From NCBI GenBank assembly GCA_046328075.1, contig JAXLXG010000007.1:26968-90967 (forward strand): DNA of 64,000 nt, given 5' to 3'. Position 1 is the first letter of the stretch. The number at the start of each line of letters is the position of its first letter. This document shows, piece by piece, positions 20,915-28,500 of this stretch. Position numbers and translations under genes: made by a program. The notes beneath the pieces are model-generated. The model was not told the origin of the DNA, searched no databases, and saw only the letters and a program-made list of their open reading frames with translations. This DNA comes from Candidatus Sericytochromatia bacterium. Its GTDB lineage: Bacteria; Cyanobacteriota; Sericytochromatia; UBA7694; JACMQJ01.

Positions 20915-21815
20915 GAGGTTGTTTAACCTTTCATAATATTTTTAAAAAAGATAATAGAAAAAGCCAAATAATTAAGTTGTAGCCAATTTATAGATTTAAC
21001 TTCATATCGAACTAATAAAGCTTTATAACTATCTAACCAAGCAAAAAATCTTTCTACTACAAATCTTTCCTTATATATCTGTTTATATTTTATTTTAACA
21101 ATATCTTTATTTTTATTGTTTCTAACATTTTTATAAACATTTAAGATAATACCTTTTTCAATACAAAACTCCTTTAATATATCATTATCAAAACCACTAT
21201 CTGCATTTAAAGCTGGAAATCTTGATATTTTAGAAATAAATGGAGTCCAAAGTAAATTTAGACTATAAGCTAAATTATAGCTATCATGATGATTTCCACT
21301 TTCTGGCTCACTACAACTTAAAGGTAAGCCGTTTCTATCTGTTAAATAAAGCATATTTGTTGTTTGGGCTTTCTTTCTAGTTTGAAAGTCTACTTTCTCC
21401 CCACCTCTTTTTGCAATTGTATGGCTACCATCTAAATTTATTACATCTAAATCTAATATAGAATTAAACTTTATTAATACCTTTTCCCATAATGCTTTAA
21501 AATCTCCATTATTTGACCATCTATTAAAATGGTAATAAATAGTTTGCCAACTAGGACAATCTCCTTCAAAAAATTGTCTTATTGGTAATTCTCTCCATTG
21601 ACATCCTGTTTTTAACCTATAACAAATGCAATTAAATATCCCTAATAATGGATATGTTATTGCAAATCCTCTTTTATTTTTTGATAAATTGGGTTTTATA
21701 AAGCTATCAAATATTTTTTCTGCTATCATATCTATCTGTTTCACTTGGTTGTAATAATATTTTTATACATTTTATTACAACCTTTTTTAAACTAAAAAAA
21801 AGGTTAAACAACCTC
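20915..21815 (-). mobile_element. IS5-family insertion sequence, apparently intact
   Basis: 17-bp perfect terminal IR GAGGTTGTTTAACCTTT; 3-bp TSD ATT (20912-20914 and 21816-21818); 901 bp. Confidence 0.92.
20923..21744 (-). CDS. IS5-family transposase
   Basis: YRLKTGCQWRELP, WQTIYYHFNRWS, NLDGS, ADSGFD, YKERFVVERFFAWL. Confidence 0.93.
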   Translation of the reverse strand: MKQIDMIAEKIFDSFIKPNLSKNKRGFAITYPLLGIFNCICYRLKTGCQWRELPIRQFFEGDCPSWQTIYYHFNRWSNNGDFKALWEKVLIKFNSILDLDVINLDGSHTIAKRGGEKVDFQTRKKAQTTNMLYLTDRNGLPLSCSEPESGNHHDSYNLAYSLNLLWTPFISKISRFPALNADSGFDNDILKEFCIEKGIILNVYKNVRNNKNKDIVKIKYKQIYKERFVVERFFAWLDSYKALLVRYEVKSINWLQLNYLAFSIIFFKNIMKG

Positions 21816-23523
21816 ATTGAATAAATTTCTGATAATTCATATAAAGCATGTATATTATTTGGTTCAATTTCAAGTATTTTTTTATACATATTACTAGCTT
21901 TAGTATATTCTTTATAATTTCGATATTTATCAGCCAATAATAAAATATATTTTACATTTTTGGGGTCAGACATATATGCCTTTTTAAAATAATCTAGTGG
22001 ATTCTCTGTAAAAATTTTATTTAAATCAGTTTCTTGAACATATAGATAATAAGAATCGAGAATATTACCCAATTTTTCATAAACTTCTGGATCTTTATCG
22101 TTAAAATTTAAAGATCTTTTATAAGCTAATATTGAAAAATTTAGATTAGGAAGATTATTTTTAGTAAAAAAATCTCCAATTTTAATATGTATTAGAGGTT
22201 TTTTAAAAACATTCTGAATATTTTGAATATCATCAATAAGATTAGTTTCAATTTGAATTTCTTTTAATGTATTTATAAAACTAATATAATCCTGAAAATA
22301 GTAATAAATGAAAGCTAAATTATTAAGTATTTCATCATTTGTTTTATCAAATTCCTTAGCTTTTTTATAATAAATCAAAGCTTTTTTAAAATTTCTCTTT
22401 TTTAGATATATATCAGCAATAATTTTATAAATTTTAGTATTTTTATTTTTTTCTAAAATTTCTTTATAAAAAGCTACAGTATATTCTATATCTTCTGAGT
22501 ATAAAATCTCATCTAATTTTGCCATAATTGTTGAACTATTTGGATTATTAATAACTCCATTTTTTAAAACATTCAAAATATATTTTTTCTCATTAATTAT
22601 TAATTTCTTATTTTTTTGAATACTATAAATATGATAAAGATTATCTATAATATCTACATCTGAAGTTAAAGTTTCAAAGGCTTTTTTATAATAAGTTAAA
22701 GCTTTTTCATATTCTTTTTTTTCACCATAAGCAGATGCAATATTATTATACGCATAAATATAATAAGGATTAATTTTTAAAGCTTTTTGGTATTCTAAAA
22801 GAGCTTCATCATATTTTTGATATATAAGATAAGCATTACCTAACTCACTATGAGCAAATAACATTCTTGGATTTAATAAGATGGTTTTTTTTATATTGGG
22901 ATCTTCAGGATTTTGAACATTTGAAGAGTACCATATCCAAAAGTAAGCCTCTGGATTATTTGGAGATAAAGATAAAGAAATTTTTGCGTATTCTAAAGCT
23001 TTAAAAAAATTAAAATTAAATTTATAATATGCAGATAAAGAAATATAAGCATCAGATAAATTATTATTTAGACTTATTGCTTTTTCAGCGTTATTCTTTG
23101 CTTCATTAAATAATTCTGAAGAATTTAATTTATCATCCCTTATTCTATAAGCTAAAAAAGATTGTGATAAAGATTTTGCAGATAATATTTCTGGAGAATT
23201 TGGATTTATTTCTAATGCTTTATTAAATAAATCAATTGAATCTTTATAATCTTTTATTGTATGTAATAAATAAAATTCTAATCCTTTTTTATAAAGATTG
23301 TAAGCATTTACATTTACAATCTTGTTGTCTATATCATTTGCATATACAGATTTAGAATAAGTACATATATTAAAAGATAATAAAACTGTTAAACAAAATC
23401 TAACTATTTTCATTTTGGAACCTTAATTTAAAAATTTAAATAAATTGATTTAAAAAAAATATTAATACAAATAATAGAAAAATAAAATATATATACTCAA
23501 AATAAATTGCTTTAACAATATAA

Positions 23524-23569
23524 TCGTTACCTTATTACGTAAAAAATATAATAACATTAACTATAACGA
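23524..23569. repeat. Paired-box element E9 (short form)
   Basis: TCGTTACCTTATTAC, 17-nt spacer, ATTAACTATAACGA; same 46-bp length and same right arm as E8. Confidence 0.72.
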
Positions 23570-23714
23570 CATCAATATAAAAAACTCATTAGTTAAATAT
23601 TTATTATGACTGAGCTAACTTTAATTTAATTTTATTTATAGGAATGATTTATTTTTCTTTTCATATACTATAATAAATATAGAGTCAAATTAATTATTAA
23701 ATAGGGAGTCCAAA

Positions 23715-24296
23715 ATGAGTGCAATTTCATCAATTAACTCTGTAAATCATATACACTCAAAAAACGAAGTTAGTACAAAAAATCAACAAGTTGAAAAATC
23801 TGAAAATACTGAAAAAAATGTAGCGTTACAATCAAAAGATTCAACTTCATCAACAACTAAAACAGGTTCAGTTCCTAAAGTAAATGTATTTGAAGGAGCT
23901 AAAGCTGGTGCTGCAACAGGAGCAAAAATGGGAGCAGTAGGTGGAGCAATAGGAGGAGTTGTTTTAGGTGGAGTAACAGGATTTGGAGCTTGGTTAGTTA
24001 CAGGTGGTTCAACAAGTGCAGCTTTAAAAGTAGGGATTGGAACAGCTGTTGTAACTACAGGTTTAGCAGCAGCAAGTGGTGCTGTTAAAGGTGGTCTTCT
24101 TGGTGGTATTGTTTCAGGAGTATCAAAAGGAGATTCTGAAAAAGCTAAAAAGGTTGGAGCTGCGATAGGAGTTATAGAAGGAGCTGGAAACTTTAAAGAT
24201 GGTATAATTCCTGGTGTAATAGGTGTTGGAACATCAGCAGCACAAAATGCACACATAAGTAAAAAAGCGGCTGAAGCTTCTGTAAAAAATAAGTAA
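23715..24296 (+). CDS. Glycine-zipper membrane protein with low-complexity N-terminus
   Basis: RBS GGGAG; Ser/Asn/Thr-rich N-terminus then GAxxGAxxG repeats (GAKAGAATGAKMGAVGGAIGG). Confidence 0.75.
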   Translation: MSAISSINSVNHIHSKNEVSTKNQQVEKSENTEKNVALQSKDSTSSTTKTGSVPKVNVFEGAKAGAATGAKMGAVGGAIGGVVLGGVTGFGAWLVTGGSTSAALKVGIGTAVVTTGLAAASGAVKGGLLGGIVSGVSKGDSEKAKKVGAAIGVIEGAGNFKDGIIPGVIGVGTSAAQNAHISKKAAEASVKNK

Positions 24297-24306
24297 CAAA
24301 CAATAA

Positions 24307-24346
24307 AAAGATTAAAAAGTAACTTGAATATTACTTTTTAATCTTT
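24307..24346. terminator. Bidirectional terminator-like hairpin
   Basis: AAAGATTAAAAAGTAA / TTACTTTTTAATCTTT between convergent genes. Confidence 0.65.
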
Positions 24347-24369
24347 ACTTATATAATTTACATTAACTT

Positions 24370-25473
24370 TTATTGTTTATAAATATAGTCCGCAAGACTC
24401 TCAATATTAGGATACTCTCTAACTATTTGATTATCAAGTTCAATTCCAAATTTTTCTGAAAGTTTATTTAACATATCTATAGCCATTAGAGAATCTAAAC
24501 CATAATTTCTAAAATGTTCTTGTTCATTTATATTATTAGGATTAATATTTAAAATTATACTAACTTCTTTTTTTATAATATCTTTTATCTCATCATATTT
24601 AAAATCTATATTTTTTTGTTTAGCTTGATTTTCCTTCTTTTTTATAATAATTTCCTTTTTAGGATTTGATTTATCTTTTTTTACTACTTTATCAATATTA
24701 AAATTTTTAGGAATTAAACTCTCATACATTTTTATATTTTTAGCTTCAGGGTAATAATTTAAAAATTTATACATATTCATATTCATTGCTATTACCTGAA
24801 CAGGATTAATCTTAAAAATTTCATCAAATATTTTTAGTCCCATTTCAGGACTTATATTTGTAATACCTATATTATCTAAATCTTTACTTTCTTGATAATA
24901 TGCAGCTTGTCCAATTTCTGACCAAGGCCCCCAGTTTATACTAATTGAAGGTAATCCTAATTTTCTTCTATAATAAGAAAAAGAATCTAAAAAAGCATTA
25001 GAAGATGCATAGTTAGTAAAGTACTTAAGACCTAATATTGATGTAAGAGAGGAAAACATAATAAAAAAGTTTAAATCTAAGTTTTTGCTAATATTATGTA
25101 AATTTATAATCCCTTGAACTTTTGCTTTCATAACATTTTCAAAATATTCTTTTTTATGAGTTTTTATACTACTGTCATTTAGAACTAATGCAGAGTGTAT
25201 TATTCCTTTTAGTGGAGGTAATTCTTTTATATTATCAAATAAATTTTTTACATCATTTTCATTTGAAATATCTGTTTTAAAAATTTGTATATTAGCTCTT
25301 TCTTTTAATTTATTTAATTCTTTTTCAGTTTCGTTATTAGAACCTTTACGACTACATAAAATAATATTCTTGGCATTATTATCAATTAAATATTTTGTAA
25401 ATAATAATCCTAGACCACCAGTGCCTCCAACTATTAAATAACTTGAATTAGAATCTATTTCTGGTTTAGGCAT
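24370..25473 (-). CDS. Type I PKS C-terminal part: catalytic KR + ACP
   Basis: YLIVGGTGGLG, HSALVLND, FSSLTSILG...NYASSN, WGPW; ACP motif GLDSLMA; no TE or ST domain follows. Confidence 0.88.
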   Translation of the reverse strand: MPKPEIDSNSSYLIVGGTGGLGLLFTKYLIDNNAKNIILCSRKGSNNETEKELNKLKERANIQIFKTDISNENDVKNLFDNIKELPPLKGIIHSALVLNDSSIKTHKKEYFENVMKAKVQGIINLHNISKNLDLNFFIMFSSLTSILGLKYFTNYASSNAFLDSFSYYRRKLGLPSISINWGPWSEIGQAAYYQESKDLDNIGITNISPEMGLKIFDEIFKINPVQVIAMNMNMYKFLNYYPEAKNIKMYESLIPKNFNIDKVVKKDKSNPKKEIIIKKKENQAKQKNIDFKYDEIKDIIKKEVSIILNINPNNINEQEHFRNYGLDSLMAIDMLNKLSEKFGIELDNQIVREYPNIESLADYIYKQ

Positions 25474-25547
25474 TTCTTTTAGTTCAATATGTTTGGTTGT
25501 CTTTTTAGAAAGAAATTTATTAAAAAATCCTTTTTTCCTCTACTATT

Positions 25548-28500
25548 TCAGTTTCTTGAGTAATAGAATTTACCTTCATACTTTTCTATTCTTGGTATAA
25601 ATCGTTCTGTATCTCTTATAACTATTAATGTTTCATTAGAATTAGATTTAATTTCATCATAAATCATAGAAGATTCAATATCTATATAATCATAACTTAT
25701 ATCTATCACTGAAAATCTTATTTCTGGTATTTCATAATTAGCAACTCTAGATAGAGCTAAAATAGGAGATTGATTATAGTTTATATTTTTATCAGAATTA
25801 TCATAGGTATTATATAAATTACCTGTTGTAATAGCATAAATTCTATGATTATCATAATTTTCAATGGACTTAATTATATTAATACAACTAAATACACCTC
25901 TATTTGTATAATCTATAAATTTATTATAATCAGGAGTATTATTAGTATTTTTTTCTATACTCCAAAAGTGAACAATTTTTGAAAATTTATCAATATCAAT
26001 TTCATCAAATAGCTTTTTATAATCATCAATTTTTTCAGGATTAATATAATATTTGTCATCACTTAATTTCTTATACTCATTTCCTATATAAATAAATATA
26101 TTCTTCTGTTTATTAGAATCTAATAATATTTTAAAATTATCAGATACTCCTATATTATCCGCAAATACTAAGAAAGACTCACTAAAATTATTATTTATAA
26201 TATCCAAGTTCAAATTTTTATATTGAATCTCATATAACCAATCTTTTACTAATTCTGGAACTATAAATTCCTCTTGAAAATGTCCAACACCTTGTTCTTT
26301 ATTAGTAAAATCATTTGAAGGTATATTTTTCCAATAACTTGACCTATTCCATTGATAATTTGGTAAATTAACTAATTTTCCATCAGGATATATTTTTCTC
26401 CAATCTAAATTAACTCCTAAAGTATGTATTTCTGAGAATAATCTATTTAATTCAAATATATCATCTTTATTTTTAATCAAACTAGATGTAGCAAAGGCAT
26501 TTATTTTTTTATCTTTTATAGTATTTTTCATGACTATACTTAAAACACTATGAGGACTTATCTCAATAAATGTATTAAATCCATCTTTAATTGCATTATC
26601 AAATGATTTATTAAAATAAACAGTGTTTCTTAAGTTATTTATCCAATACTCTGAGTTAAGTGTATTTGAATCTATTTTGTCACCAATAACTGAAGAATAA
26701 AAAACTAAATCTGAGTTATTGTGTTTTATTTCACCTAGTTTCTTTAATAAAGGTTCTTTTAAAGAATCCATCTGATAACTATGAGCAGCACCATTAAAAC
26801 GAACCCAAGAATTAAATATTTTTTCTTTATCAAATTTCTTTTGTAATTCTTCAAGATAATTTTTATTTCCAGATAAAACAACAGAGTTATCATTATTACA
26901 TATAGCAATAGAAACTTTATCTAAATCATTTTCTATTAATTTTAAAGATTGATTATAAGAAATTTCAGTAAAAAGCATAACTCCATTATTTGAATTTTCT
27001 TGCATTAAGCAACTACGTTCACAAATAATCTTTATAGCTGAATTTAGATCTAAAATACCTGCTATAAAACAAGCTGAAACTTCACCCATACTATGACCAA
27101 TTAAAGCTTGAGGTTTTATTCCATAGCTAATTAATAATTTAGACAAAGCAACTTGAATTGTAAATATACAAGGCTGAATGATATCTATTTTATCTAAATT
27201 ATTTTCTTCTTTATTATTTATTAAAAATTCAAGAATAGACCAATTAATATATTTTTTTGATATTTTATCTATTTCTATAATCCAATACTTAAACTCTTTT
27301 TCTTCTTGAATTAATTTTTTTGCCATATCAAGCCACTGAGAACCATGACCAGAATAGACAAAACACACTTTAGGTATAAGACTTTCTTTTAGATTATTTT
27401 TTATTAAACCTGCATAGTTTTGATTATTTATGAATGATTGAAGTTGATTTATAAGCTCTGATTTATTATTAAAAATACAAGCTATTCTTTTTTCAAAATG
27501 TGTTCTTAAATTATTGGCTGTATATAAAATATTGTATATAGATTCATTTGTATTTAAAATAAAATCTAAATATTTTTCCGAATTTTTTATTAATGATTCA
27601 TCTGTTTGTGCTGATATTGTTAATATATTTACTTCTTTTTCTTTAATTTTAGATATTTCATTATTATCTTTAATATACTCTTCTAATACTATATTAGAAT
27701 TTGTTCCACTTATTCCAAATGAATTTACAAAAGCTCTCCTCTTTTTATCACTATTCCAATCTAAAGTTTCTGTTGGGAAAATAAATTTTGATTCGTTTAT
27801 ATAAGATTTTGTATTTAACTTATTAAAGTGTAGATTAGCAGGTATTTTTTTACTATTTAAAGCCAAAACTGTTTTTATAACACCTGCAATTCCTGCTGCT
27901 GATTCCAAGTGACCTATATTAGACTTTACTGCTCCTAAAATAATTTTTTTAGAACTATCAAAAACTTCATCTATAGCTCTTAATTCAATCGGATCACCTA
28001 AATTTGTTCCTGTTCCATGAGTTTCAATAAGACTTATATCTTTAGGATTTAATTTTGATTTTTTTAAAGCTGATTTTAATAACTTAATCTGTGATTGTCC
28101 ATTTGGTGCTGTTAAACCTTGACTTGCTCCATCATGATTAACAGTACTACTTTTAATTACAGCTAAGATATTATTTTTTTCTTCTATAGCTTTTGATAAT
28201 TTTTTTAATACAACAAATCCAATTCCTTCAGATCTAACATAACCATTTGCAGAATCATCAAAAGTTTTGCATCTACTATCAGGAGATAAAGAGCTTATTT
28301 GACATGAATAAATATTCAAATCAGGAGAAAGAATTAAATTAACACCACCAGCTAAACATAAGTCAGAATCACCACTTATAAGATTTTGACAAGCTAAATG
28401 AATTGCAACTAGAGATGATGAACAAGCTGTATCAACTGTTATATTTGTTCCTTGTAAACCATAGGTATAAGATATTCTTCCTGAAGCAACACTTAAAGCA

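Larger units (their letters stand above)
19960..23413 (-). pseudogene. Exported TPR-repeat protein interrupted by IS5 (849 aa when restored)
   Basis: Removing 20915-21815 and one ATT copy gives IYSINKNELEKLKYLNKIIA, joining ORFs 21707..23413 and 19960..20880 in frame (2550 nt); many TPR motifs. Confidence 0.88.

Noticed and set aside
2108-23569. Paired boxes as mini-CRISPR arrays (GTT...AAC ends, 35-37 nt unique spacers)
   Set aside because: Boxes are only 12-13 nt, mostly inverted rather than direct, never more than two in a row, and there are no cas genes or leader in the window
2108-23569. Paired boxes as plain rho-independent terminators or TF operators
   Set aside because: They occur in divergent, convergent and tandem contexts alike, lack consistent U-tracts, and several pairs cannot form a hairpin; not fully excluded for E4
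2108-23569. Boxes as XerC/D dif or pdif sites
   Set aside because: No 11-6-11 layout and no TTATGTTAAAT XerD arm
23783-24256. 157-aa antisense ORF
   Set aside because: Shadow of the Gly/Ala-rich + strand gene; its codons give few stops on the opposite strand
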